DNA of 64,000 bases from Ostrea edulis (GCF_947568905.1 NC_079166.1:31000001-31064000); one strand, 5' to 3'; counted from the first letter of the stretch, positions 10,960 through 22,571 are shown. The notes: generated by a model from the letters alone, not told the origin. Translations and numbers: made by a program.

Positions 10960-11230
10960 GATGCAATATTCCTACATAAATATGGACAACTGGTGTGGAG
11001 AAGTCATCCCGTTTGTCATAAAGTAAAATTTTAGTTTGACGCTACAATTTAAATTCAATGAAATATCAAAACAGCCAAATACGAAGTAGATATGAAAGCG
11101 TCTGTGGTGTTTTTTTATTTTAAGGTCACTGGGATATATCGAATGAAAATGAATATTGTTCATAGATATAACATTGTCGATATACCCATGCATTTAGATA
11201 TCGAGTTGAAGCCACAACCAAAGATGTTTT
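10960..11230 (-). mobile_element. Old Penelope-like RT fragment
   Basis: GYIDNVISMNNIHFHSIYPSDLKIK is a degraded YIDD region. Paralog at ~24130-24400. Confidence 0.7.
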
Positions 11231-11412
11231 CGTGTAGAAGCATTCGTGCCCATGGGTAGAATTCCATCAAGTACATTCTTATCCCACAATACATGTATTC
11301 CTATTGATAATGGCTGTGTTAATCTTAAGCTTTCCTCTCTATATGTCTATTTCTCTTTTGGTTTGCTCTCTATTCAGTTGAATTCATCATTAATTGTAAC
11401 ACGAGTGCAACA

Positions 11413-11518
11413 ATTCTAAGGATGAGTTAGAGATAATTTTAATTCTAAGGATGAGTTAGAGAGAACATTGATTTTGAGGATGAGTTATAGATAATTTTAA
11501 TTCTAAAGATGAGTTAGA
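11413..11518 (+). repeat. ~29-bp tandem repeat (about 4 units)
   Basis: aattctaaggatgagttagagataatttt repeated; only one unit occurs at the paralogous site ~24570. Confidence 0.85.
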
Positions 11519-11744
11519 AGGTTGGGGCTATATATAAAATAATTATAAATAAGATCATTATAACGACCATAGAATTTCCGAAATGCTGTCTTCACAGAAA
11601 CTGATGAAACCCCTGATTACAAAACAGAAAAGATTGTGAAAACACCCATTCCTCGCCCATTTACAATCGAATTGCTGCAACACGGCAAATAGAATTTCAG
11701 AGAGCTATTTGATGTCTGCAATGAAAGTTCCTCCTTGAAAATTG

Positions 11745-11950
11745 TTCCTGGAAGTAAGAGAAATTCCTCCATTTTTAAGCACTTCCTGCTGTTAAATATC
11801 ATTCAATACAACCTAAATCTCATGATTAAACGCCCTTCCGTTTTTGAAGCACTTCCTCTTATATTAATGTATGCAGCATATCCAATATACTACCCTGATT
11901 AGGAATTTAATGAAGAGGTAAACGACCAAGCACTAACGAAATACTTCCTC
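11745..11950. promoter_or_regulatory. Cluster of ETS-core motifs (GGAAGT/ACTTCC) upstream of type B genes
   Basis: ttcctggaagt 11745, aagcacttcctg 11777, aagcacttcctc 11847 and atacttcctc 11941, all retained upstream of B2. This is a motif match only. Confidence 0.35.
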
Positions 11951-12013
11951 TAGAGGTCATTGGAATCGCTCATTACGTTTCTTACAAATCAATTCTGATA
12001 TCTGGAGGTTGTT

Positions 12014-13553
12014 ATGGAGAGTTGTAAGACACTGTGTAGAATTTTAGCCCTCCCGATCATTCCAAATGTTCCGCAATCAGGCCTCAACAATAGTGGAGAG
12101 AAAATTTCATTCTTATTCTTTTTACACGTAATGTTTGGGCTATTTGTCATCAACAGGGTATTTGCAGCCGAACAAGCAACATCAGAAGAATCCAACATAA
12201 AGAATTGGGTGGTAGTGATGGTCTTTGTAACAATTGGACTGATTTCGCTGGTTATTCTCCACATCGCAGGTTGCAGAAATGCGCTGCATATAAACAGTAT
12301 ACCAGAAACCAAAATATCTGATCCATCCTTGAAGCTTCGAATAGAATTTGTGGGTGTTTGGATTAGTGGTGATGGTACATGTGTCCTTGAACTTTGCAAC
12401 TTATATTGACTGCATCCAATCTTATTCCTTAAGAGGTGTCCATGTGACATTTTTGTTGACGAGTAACATAATCTTATTACTCTTCCTTATCAATCAAATT
12501 ACCTTTGTTTCGTATTTCCGACATACATCTTTCACAAGAGATTATACTGTCAACTTTGCCAGTATGTTCGTTCTAGTGACCAACTTTGTCATTTGGTATA
12601 GTGTAGTGGTTAGTAAAAGCTCATCAGTTGGAATGATGAAGAACGATGCGGAATCAAACCAAAGCAATGAGACCTATTGCTTTCTAACATCTAAGATACA
12701 GCAGAAATTATCTTGAAATATGACGCCATATTTATTTCCATCTAGAATGGAGTTCTGTATTCTAGCATCCAGCTTTATCATAACATTGTGGAGGTGGCCG
12801 GTGGAATATGTACGGAATGAAGGGAGTAACACAGACTATCAAGTGCTTCACGAAAATATTGATGATCGTAATATGCCTTCCCCTGAGAAAAGAAATCACA
12901 TAAACGGACCTCATATATTTGCAACAGTATGTGGGATTGTCATTAATATGCCAACTTTTTTCTCAGAGATATTGCTAGTATTTGTCTCTGACTGGAACCA
13001 TGAAGCCCTCCTTCTTACTCTTTACACCGGCAAGTCTTTGACTCCGGTTTGCAGCATCGCCATCATTTACATATGCAGTTACCGTTTGAACAAGAATTTC
13101 AGTAACTCTTGGAGACACAGCAAACTAACGACCAATGAGTACATTCTAATGCTGACGTTCTCTGGAATGGTGGCCTATTTTGTGGTTGGTGTTCTGACCG
13201 CTTTTTCATACCCCAAAAGGATGAAGGTGTATGTCTCTTTCCATTTTCTTGGTTTACTAGAAATATTTCTACAGACGTACTTCTTCATCAGAATTAGGCG
13301 GTACGATCTCAATGGCAACCAATCCATTCTCATTTCCTCATGTGGAATTATTCTCATGTTAACCAACCTGATTTACTGGCTCCTAAATTCTTCCAAGCCG
13401 AATGCTTTTGCGGAAAGTCGAGACATATTCCTTGTAGGACGCGAGAAACGGTTCTACATAGAAAACATACTAGTTCCTTTACTGACATTTTACAGGTTTT
13501 TCTCGGCCATGAGTGCTTATTCCTTATATTGTAAGTTTAAACCAAATCGTTAA
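12014..13553 (+). pseudogene. OTOP: Otopetrin-like type B copy 1, pseudogene
   Basis: Colinear with B2 but has a 2-bp deletion at 12349/12350 (gaattt-gtgg vs ggatttctgtgg) and TGA at 12714-12716 (TTA in B2). It also has W>R in the conserved EKW motif. Confidence 0.88.
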
Positions 13554-14449
13554 AACATAGTGAACCAGTGCGTTTCTTAAACCTTTCCACGTTAAGATTC
13601 AACTTTATATAAATTGTGTTGTCCTATATGGGCTTATGAACGAAACGCTATATGTGCCTTATTTTACGTGAGTACTGTTATCGCGCAATGACTTGGGGAA
13701 TTTTATTTCGCCTGTGGTGCTCCTTGCTAAATCACGTGATAACTAACCCCTCGCATATATCTAGAACGCTACGGTATCTTCAGGTAGATGTGCAAACGTG
13801 TAGAGCTCATAGGACATAGTGGGAAATTCAGTACACGTCAGAGGATTGTTTTGGAAAATAAGGGGAAAACTAATTAAGTAGATCACGAACTTTCTACCCC
13901 AGTCCCGCCTTCAGCATCAAAACTATCAAAATAATAATTCAATCCGCTTGAAGAGAAGCCACCCAATCCAAAGTTGAAAAGAAAATTAAAACTTAATTAC
14001 GTTAGTTATTAATGACAATTCAATTTCATTTGTCTTTTGTATGAATTCAATAAATATCCATATTAAACAGTTATCCATTAGTACGATAAGATAAATTTAT
14101 TCCAATTTTGGACCCAGAGGGCAAAACAGCAAGACAGCTTATAAAGAAGGAAATTTCAAAAAAGAAAGTTTACAACATTAACTACAGGTTACATGGACTG
14201 CAAACTACATGTGGATGTAGCATGTTGGGGCAACGAGTACATACATATACGTAACAATCAGTAATGAGTGTTAACATACGACCTTCTGCATTGGATCACT
14301 ATATATTTTTTCAATTGTTTTTCCTCTCACAAATACGAATTATTTACATGAATGCATCAAAACTTTTTTTATTCATAAACAAACTGTGTCATAAAAAGAG
14401 CTTTTTATACTTAATCCATATATGTGTTCACGATCTTCGTTTTCTTTCA

Positions 14450-14620
14450 ACTATAGTCCAGCTGGACATGTCATTACAGGTGATGTTGATATAGTTGAAA
14501 ATGAGGACCTCAAATCACTTACTTTAAAATATCCTAACGACAGCGAACCTCGGACTTTCAATACGGGACTTTCGAGATACGGATCCACTCTGACTTTTAT
14601 CATGCGTTGAACGCAATTTG
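14450..14620 (+). mobile_element. Penelope-like ORF N-terminal fragment
   Basis: PAGHVITGDVDIVENEDLKSLTLKYPNDSEPR. Paralog at ~29255-29410. A further 5' piece lies at ~15265-15375 (VLVLADKACNNIVFV). Confidence 0.7.
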
Positions 14621-15379
14621 TAGGGCATGTCACTTCCGATTTACAATAACAACTAAGTAAACAAGCATGGAATACTTCAATTGCTATCAAATTTCTGCAT
14701 TTAAATGCTGTCTTTGAAAGAAAGGAATCACTATAACCATTTTATAGGTAAATACAATTGATTAAATTATGCGAGTCGGCGCGGGAAATAAATCTAGGAT
14801 ATCTTCAGGATATCGGTAAAACTTCACGCCTTTCGTCCAATGATACGCGTCTAACTGCGGCTTTTCCCTTCAATCTAATTTCCATCCAGATACTAGGCAC
14901 CAATAATGACTTGGATCGTCATCGTAGGACTGCGCATAGCTCTTTACGGCCGGGCGGTCTTATAACGAGACATCATTTGTATCGAAGTCAACTTTGCCCT
15001 GCAATTGGTCATTATCACATGACCGTGGTGTATAAACGTCAAATATAATCGGTCGATCCGGCACATCCCGAAAGTTCCGTATTGGCAAAAGAAGTTCATC
15101 ATCAATCATTAATTTCATGTATGTCGAAGATTATGCCAGATGATGGGCTAAATATGAAAAAGAACATGTACAACTTGATGCATTGTTAGAATGGATTAAA
15201 AGTAATATTGAAACTTAAAACTAAAACCCCGCATTAGACACATCAAAGCAAACTTACGCACCAACTATACTTCTGTGTTTAGTAAATCAGAATTGATAAA
15301 AGAATCAGATAGGTCTGTTTTGGTTCTAGCTGACAAAGCTTGTAACAACATAGTTTTTGTAAGGCTCACTATTACAAGC

Positions 15380-16745
15380 AAGGTGAAGATAACGAACAGT
15401 AATCAATCTCATAATTCCTATAAGCAATACCGAAAAAATAGTTGGGCAAACACGGACCCCTGGACACACCAGAGGTGGGATCAGGTGCCTAGGAAGAGTA
15501 AGCATCCCTTGTTGACCGGTCACACCCACCGTGAGCCCTATATCCTGATCAGGTAAACGGAATTATCCGCAGTTAAAATCAGTGTGCCACGAACGGCTTA
15601 GCAATCGGTATGAAAAACGTCAGACAGCATTTCACCCAATGATAGGTTGTACTGACGAACTAGATTGTTATAACGACCATACAATTTGCGAAATGCTGAC
15701 TTCAATCGAGACTGTTGAAACCCCTGTACCATCAACTTCTTTGTCAGTAGCTTGTCTCGATTTAAAAACTGACCATACGCAGAACAAGCTCTTCCGTATC
15801 GAATCAGTTGAGATATATAAACACCATGTGTAGGTGATAATGGAATATTGCTACATAAATATGGGAAGTTGATGATGTAGAAGCTGAAATCATCCCGTTA
15901 GTCATAAAGCTGAGTTGTTAGTTTGACATTAATATCTATTTTCAATAAAATATTTAACTGTGAAGCAGAAGTGGACGACCCTGCGGTGTCTTTTATTTCT
16001 AGTTCACAAGGATATATTGAATCCACATATGAATGAACGTTATTGTTGTAAATAGATAAAACGCTGTCGATATATCTAAATGTCGAATTGAAGGCCACAA
16101 CAAGAGATTGTTTCTTCTCACGTAGAAGGTTTTCAATAAATTCTGCTTCATATGAATATAAAAACAGGTCAGCAAACAAAGGAGCACAATTCATGCCAAC
16201 TGGAAGACATAATCACCAAAGACCTTGAAGATATTGTCAAAGAGGAACTCTAGCAACTTTCAACTTCAGAGTACTTGTGCATGGAATCAGAGTGGTGTTT
16301 AACAAATTAATTTTTCGATGACTGGTGTCTAGATATGAATATTTCCGTTTTCCATTTTTGTTGAAGAAGCAACTGTCTATGGTGTCAAAAAGTCTAGTCT
16401 TTAATTTATCGTGAGGAATGGTCGTGTAAAGTGTTGAAAAGTCATACGTTTTGATGTTGTTGATTTGATCCAAAAAAAATTGCAATTTCAATTCTTCTAA
16501 AAGGTTTTTAAAGAATTTTTCAGAATCCACATTTGATTTACACCACTTCTGGCATATACAGTCGCACAGTTGGTTTGACGTTTCTCCTTGACAGCTGTTA
16601 ATATTTTTGTGAGGAGCAAAGATAGGGGATATAGCGAACTTTGATCATGATATTTTTTTTGCATCATGAATTTGAGAAGTTTTCATCGCGTAAACTTGTC
16701 AAAGACTTGAAGTGTAATTTTGTCGTTAACGTCTTTGTTCAGTAA
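15380..16745 (-). mobile_element. Penelope-like element (RT through 3' end), degraded
   Basis: Contains FSTLYTTIPH, MNCAPLFADLFLYSYEAEF, FRYIDSVLS, the thumb region and the family 3' UTR ending at ~15380. Confidence 0.9.
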
Positions 16746-17319
16746 AACATCTAAATATAAAACCGATGTGAAAAAATCGTGAGGTCTTTTATCACGGGTT
16801 CACTGGGATGAAAGGTGAAGGTAAGGAACATTTATCCATTCTCTAATTTCACAATTTTTCAGCCGTTGTTCATTAATTATATCATGTTCACTCTAAATAC
16901 TACGCTTTAAGGACAGTGGGTTCCAATCAATTCACCAACTGAAGGTGAAATAACACAACAGAGTTGATACATTCGAGAAAGACATTTGTGGTCTTCATCG
17001 AATGTTCCGGTTTTGTACTCATAAAATAATATTTGCCTAAGTGACATTCCATTCTTTTTCAAGCACTTCCTGTCGTATTGAAGTACATTACATGTTTTTT
17101 TTTAAATTGCATTGAATAGACGATCTCAATTGTGCCAATCAAATTTTCGAAGCTTTCCAGTCACAATGAAGTAGGTTTTCATATGATTTGTTCTACACTC
17201 AAATGTAATTAAGGATTGAATGAAAAAGGAATAGAAAAATCGTTCAAACAAAATAATTCTTCTAGTTGTTGCTGGATTTATACATTACTTTTGTTAAAAG
17301 TTAGTTTTAGGTCAGATAT

Positions 17320-18906
17320 ATGGAGGCTGTTATAGAGAGCTTTATCACGCTGTGTAGAATTTTAGCCCTCCCGATCTTTCCAAAGGTTCGGCAATCAGGC
17401 TTCAACAACAGTGCACACAGAGTAACCTTCTTGTTGTTTATGCACGTGTTATCCGGAATATTCGTTATCATCGGAATATGCGCAGCAGGCCAAGCCTCAT
17501 CATATGAGTCCAACATTAAGGGTTGGATGGTAGTGATGGTCTTTGTAACAATTGGACTGATTTCGCTGGTCATTCTCATCATCGCAGGGTGCACATATAG
17601 GCTAATTACACATGCGAGACGCAAAACCAAAATGTCCGATCCATCCTTGAAACTCCGAATAGGATTTCTGTGGGTGTTTGGATTAGCTGTAATGGCACAT
17701 GTATCCTTAAACTTCGCAACTTATATTGACTGCGTCCAATCTTATTCCTCCTTAAAGGGCGTCCATGTGACATTTTCGATGATGAGTAATACAATCTTAT
17801 CACTCTTTCTCATAATTCAAATAGGCTTTATTTCGTATTATCAACATGCATCCTTCACAAGGAGTCATGTGGTAAATTTTGCGAGTATTTTCATTCTAGC
17901 GGCGAATTTTATCATCTGGTATAACAGTGCGTTGAGTAATATCTATGTATTTGGAATGGTCGGGAACAATACAGTCCCACGGTATAGCAACGAGTCCTAT
18001 TGCTTTAGAACATCTAAAATACAACACAACCTGACTAGAAAGATAACGCCATATTTATTTCCGTTTAGAATGGAGTTCTGTATTCTAGCATCCAGCTTTA
18101 TCATAACATTCTGGAGGTGGCCGATGGACTATGCACGCGACGAAGGGAGTAGCACTGATTATCGTGTGCTCCGCCGAGACGAAGGGGGTAACACTGATTA
18201 TCAAGTGCTTCACGGGGATGCTGAGGATGGCAATATGCCTTCTTTTGAGAAAAGAAATCACATACACGGACCCCATATTTTTGCAATAGTGTGTGGCATT
18301 GTCCTAAACATGCCGACTTTTTTCTCAAAGCTTTTGCTATCGTTTGTCCCTGACGAGAAAAATCGTTTTGTTGTTTACATTGGCGAGTCTTTGAGTGCGG
18401 TTTGCAGCATCGCCATCGTTTACATATGCAGTTATTCCTTGAACAAGAATTTCAGCAACTCTTGGAGACACAGCAGACTAACGACCAATGAGTACATTCT
18501 AATTCTGACGTCCTCTGGAATGGTGTCCTATTTTGTGATTGGTGTACTGACCGCTTTTTCATACCCAAAAAGGATGAAGATGTATGCCTGTTGCCGTTTC
18601 CTTGGTTTACTAGAAATATTTCTACAAACGTACTTCTTAATCAAAGTCAGAAGATACCACCTCAACGACAATCACTGTATTCTCATTTCCTCGTGTGGAA
18701 TTATTCTCATGTTAACCAATCTTATTTACTGGCTCCTAAATTCTTACAGCCAGAATGTTTTTGTGGAAAGCCTGGAAATGATCTTCATTGGACGCGAGAA
18801 ATGGCTTTACATAGAAAGCATACTAGTTCCCTTACTGACATTTTACAGGTTTTTCTCCGGCATGAGTGCTTATTCCTTATATTACAAGTTTAAACCCGAT
18901 CGTTAA
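17320..18906 (+). CDS. OTOP: Otopetrin-like proton channel, type A copy 2 (528 aa)
   Basis: Intact ORF with about 33 aa differences from A1 (hand count) and the same OTOP-like motifs. Confidence 0.9.
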   Translation: MEAVIESFITLCRILALPIFPKVRQSGFNNSAHRVTFLLFMHVLSGIFVIIGICAAGQASSYESNIKGWMVVMVFVTIGLISLVILIIAGCTYRLITHARRKTKMSDPSLKLRIGFLWVFGLAVMAHVSLNFATYIDCVQSYSSLKGVHVTFSMMSNTILSLFLIIQIGFISYYQHASFTRSHVVNFASIFILAANFIIWYNSALSNIYVFGMVGNNTVPRYSNESYCFRTSKIQHNLTRKITPYLFPFRMEFCILASSFIITFWRWPMDYARDEGSSTDYRVLRRDEGGNTDYQVLHGDAEDGNMPSFEKRNHIHGPHIFAIVCGIVLNMPTFFSKLLLSFVPDEKNRFVVYIGESLSAVCSIAIVYICSYSLNKNFSNSWRHSRLTTNEYILILTSSGMVSYFVIGVLTAFSYPKRMKMYACCRFLGLLEIFLQTYFLIKVRRYHLNDNHCILISSCGIILMLTNLIYWLLNSYSQNVFVESLEMIFIGREKWLYIESILVPLLTFYRFFSGMSAYSLYYKFKPDR

Positions 18907-18974
18907 ATCGCATTGAAGCAGGATTTCTCGACCTCAATACACACCTGATATGAACTGTACTGTCCTACTACAGA

Positions 18975-19105
18975 TAGGAGAACCAAAACATTGGACTCGT
19001 CACGTGTCTGAAAATTAAACGGTCGTCGAGTGTTTGACCATTCAACGGACGTCACGTTTCTGACAATTCATTGGAACTTACGTGTTTGACAATTCAATGG
19101 ACGTT
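18975..19105 (+). repeat. Degenerate paralog of the 26-bp repeat downstream of A2
   Basis: Same periodicity; only the first CACGTG is intact. Confidence 0.8.
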
Positions 19106-19283
19106 TTCATGCCTGTTCAGTAATACCTGAGAAATTTGTTTTTGAATTCACATCATTATTTTGTGCTGTTTGGATATAGATGAACTCTTCGCGGGTGAAG
19201 TTGATTGCATTTTGTGTACATAGAAAGTTTGTATAGCGTTTATATTATTGTATTCACAAATGTATATCCACGACTTTGTGATA

Positions 19284-19501
19284 CTGTGGAATCATTAGAA
19301 TTCGTGGTGGCTCAATTTTCGTGGAATTCGTGGGTACTCCTCACCCACGAATTTACATCCTCAACGAATAAAGAATCATAATTACATTCCAGAGTTATCT
19401 TTCTTAAAAATATATAAATCCACGAAATGACGTCCCCACGAACCCGTAAAAATTCAGGAATTTACGAAAATTGGCCCCCACGAATTTAAATGATTCTACA
19501 A
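19284..19501. mobile_element. Tc1/mariner-type MITE (paralog of 3473-3690)
   Basis: Same TIRs and same position relative to the A gene. Confidence 0.8.
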
Positions 19502-19636
19502 TACTCTGTGTGTTTATTTGTGTAATGACATAAATTGAATATGAAAAGATGGTCTGCCATATCATCAAACTTGTATATGTGAAAATTAGTCAAATTTAGT
19601 ACATGAAGCAATAAGGAAGAATGTTGGGAACAACGT

Positions 19637-19691
<55 letters not shown>

Positions 19692-19900
19692 TCAAAGTAG
19701 AGTGAAAGTAGAAATGCCATTCTGATAGTGATTTGAACTTCGAAATATGCCTTATATTCAAATCCCTCCTCTACTGTGACTGTTAATCCCATGAACTTTG
19801 TACTTACTCTAACGGTCAGTGACTTGTTTTTCTCTGTTGGCAACAGCACAATCATGAAGATGTTAAATAAATTGATCTCACAAATGAAAACAATTTTTAA

Positions 19901-20148
19901 GGAGGTATGGTACACCAGAGAAATTTGATATGGATGAAAAGTGGAGGATATGTACAACAATATTTTGAAATTGAAAACTTACTTCACTTAGTCAAAAAAT
20001 GAAGTTTTAGTAGAAAGCAATCTGAAATTTTTTTCAAACCCCTGCTGGACTCAAACTCGCGAACTACATTTTAAAAGTCGACGGGTTAACTTACTGAGCT
20101 ACTCAGCTAGGCTATAATTTTTTTAATAAATAGGCAAATATTGCTGAT
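19901..20148 (-). mobile_element. Partial Kolobok-like element (paralog of 4107-4353)
   Basis: TTAA|ggaggtatggtacaccagagaaatttg terminus. Confidence 0.75.
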
Positions 20149-20459
20149 ATTTACGAAAAGCCAGAAGGCTCATTCGAGATGCGATATTCAAAATACGAGA
20201 TTCGAAATTCAAAATACGAGATTCGAATTTCGAAATTCAAAATCCAAATTAACCAATCAAAATGTAAGTCACAATAGATTAAAGGGTACATACATATAAA
20301 CTTAAAATTTGACAGAAAGTTTATTCTTCTAATATGTTTACCAAACAAAGAAACATTTCTTCTAAAACTATAAATGTTTTGATGTATGCTTAGCATGCAG
20401 ACAGGCCCATAGAAAATGGGAAGGGACGGGGACAGAAAACTTGTTCCAGCTCCCACATA

Positions 20460-20853
20460 TTAATTCTGCATAAATCGAGGCAGGCTACTGACAAACAAGT
20501 TGATGTCATATGGGTTTCAACAGTCTCGTTTAAAGTCAGCATTTCGCCAATTCTATGGTCGCTATAATGATCTAGTTTGCTAATACTACCTCTTATTTGG
20601 TCAATTACTATCTGACGTGTTCATACCGATTCAAGCCGTTCATGGCACACTGATTTTGACTACGGATTACTCCGTTTACCCGATCAAGATGTAGGACTCA
20701 CGGCGGGTGTGACAGGTCGACAGGGGTCCTTACTCCTCCTAGGCACCTAATCCCACCTCTGGTATATCCAGGGGCCCTTGTTTGTCCAACTCTCTATTTT
20801 CCATTGCCTGTTGGAATTATGAGATTGATCACTGTTTGTTATATTCACCTTCC
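20460..20853 (+). mobile_element. Penelope-like 3' fragment
   Basis: Family thumb and 3' UTR ending ttcaccttccat. Confidence 0.8.
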
Positions 20854-21557
20854 ATGACAGTATTATTTTTAATCCTACAGTAATATTTTGAAATTCGTTA
20901 ATTTATTGAGGACATTTCCAACCACTTTGTTACATCGATTTATAGCTTTTTTGTAATTTGAATGTTGCCTATGTTCAAAGAATTTTTCTGTGATCAATGA
21001 CTTTGACTAAATTGGAATGTTGGAAAACATTTAAACGTCTTAATAATATCGGTAATAGCAAAACAAAATGCTACAATAATTTTTCATAATTAATCATACA
21101 ATCCATCGTCCTTGTCGGCAAAATCCGAGGATACTAATCTAACCACTTCGCCCATCCATATCTGCATGTACTGCAAAAGTACATGTTTAGGTCGTATGAA
21201 ATGTGGTTATATTTAAACAAGGAAATTTATTGAGTTCCATCACATGTTTAGGAGACTAATTAGCTCTATTTATAACACTGAATTTGTTCAAGTGATATTT
21301 TGTTAAGTGATTTTCCAGGTTTGCCTTTTTCCGTTTCATTTTTATGCTGAAACAATTGCTGATAAGAGATAAATGACGATGTATAATTAAAAGAAGTGCT
21401 CGCCATATTGTTACCAGACAGCTATGGCAGAATCTCCCATAGTAGGCTTTATCCTTAGGTACCAGAGAGGAAGATTCATAAAATGGAGGGGGAGGGCAAT
21501 CATAGTTGTCTTTAATCACTTTGACAATAAAGAAAATACAAAAGTTTCACATGTGAA

Positions 21558-21607
<50 letters not shown>

Positions 21608-21639
21608 CACTAAAATGACCAACGACACGAACAACCAGA

Positions 21640-21680
21640 TTGTCAAATTTTCGGGACGACCCGTCCCTTCTTCAGGACAA
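21640..21680 (-). ncRNA. Inverted identical copy of the hammerhead ribozyme
   Basis: Exact reverse complement of 21862-21902. Confidence 0.72.
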
Positions 21681-21861
21681 ACGAAATGTCCTAATTCGCT
21701 CCACTTTTAACATTGATTGGTAAGCCTAAAAACCAAAAAACATGTAGTCTGCGTTGTAATTACGTTTGTAGATTAGTGTAGTTGTAGTGCTAGATGTATT
21801 TATATGTAGTTTTTGTTATTATTCTCTGTTGATATTGGCCACATTATGTAATTCTTTTCGT

Positions 21862-21902
21862 TTGTCCTGAAGAAGGGACGGGTCGTCCCGAAAATTTGAC
21901 AA
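21862..21902 (+). ncRNA. Minimal hammerhead ribozyme (PLE type)
   Basis: uuguc-CUGAAGA-a-gggacg(ggu)cguccc-GAAA-auu-U^-gacaa. Stem I has 5 bp, stem II 6 bp, and stem III is the palindrome AAUU. Confidence 0.72.
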
Positions 21903-22280
21903 TCTGGTTGTTCGTGTCGTTGGTCATTTTAGTGCCTTGTATAATTTTTTGTATTTGACCTAGCTTGTATCCATGTAGTGGATCCGACACTTTGAGTTAT
22001 CGCGTGTTGTTGAAACTTTAGTGCTTATATATATATCCGAAATAACAATAAACTTGTGAGAGCTATTTTAGGGGGAAAGAGAGAGTAAAAAAGTGGAGTA
22101 AAATTCGTCTAAGGATAAGAGCTATGCATGAGGAAGATAATCCTTAATTTTTAAATATATATATATTGAATATTGTTCGAGAATATTTCACTCATATTGA
22201 AACGTCACCACTGCCGGGGAAGAGCTGAAAAATTTAGTAAGGGGGTACTGAGGACCTATTCTAACCCGAATCCCCACGGG

Positions 22281-22345
<65 letters not shown>

Positions 22346-22380
22346 TCCAGTCACATCCAAACTTGTTTTTCAATTGAATA

Positions 22381-22571
22381 CTGTATACAGAGAAATATTC
22401 GCCACGTTTTATTTTCGCCCATTTCACCAATCGTTGTCTGTGGGTGAATTTAAAACCGGGCGAGACTGGGTTTTTTCTTTTATCTTTTTTTAACACATCT
22501 GTCTCTAGACGAATTTAAAACGCAGCAAAACTGTCCGCAAGTGTTGAAAGGCGAAAATAACCTTGTATATA
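22381..22571. mobile_element. Tc1/mariner-type MITE, TA TSD
   Basis: TA|ctgtatacagag...ccttgtatatag|TA. The paralog at ~7091-7750 is interrupted. Confidence 0.7.

Larger units (their letters stand above)
1..15375 (+). repeat. Segmental duplication unit 1 (left end outside window)
   Basis: Colinear similarity with unit 2: position 1 matches ~15810 and 15375 matches ~31957. Gene order (A then B), intergenic DNA and old TE insertions are shared. Confidence 0.95.
21605..22026 (+). mobile_element. Penelope-type pseudo-LTR unit with inverted 80-bp duplication, inserted in (TA)n
   Basis: 21607-21686 is the exact reverse complement of 21856-21935. It is TA-flanked and absent from unit 1. Confidence 0.75.

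Noticed and set aside
12714-12716. In-frame TGA in B1 as selenocysteine or readthrough
   Set aside because: It aligns to Leu (TTA) in B2, the gene also has an upstream frameshift, and I saw no SECIS-like element.
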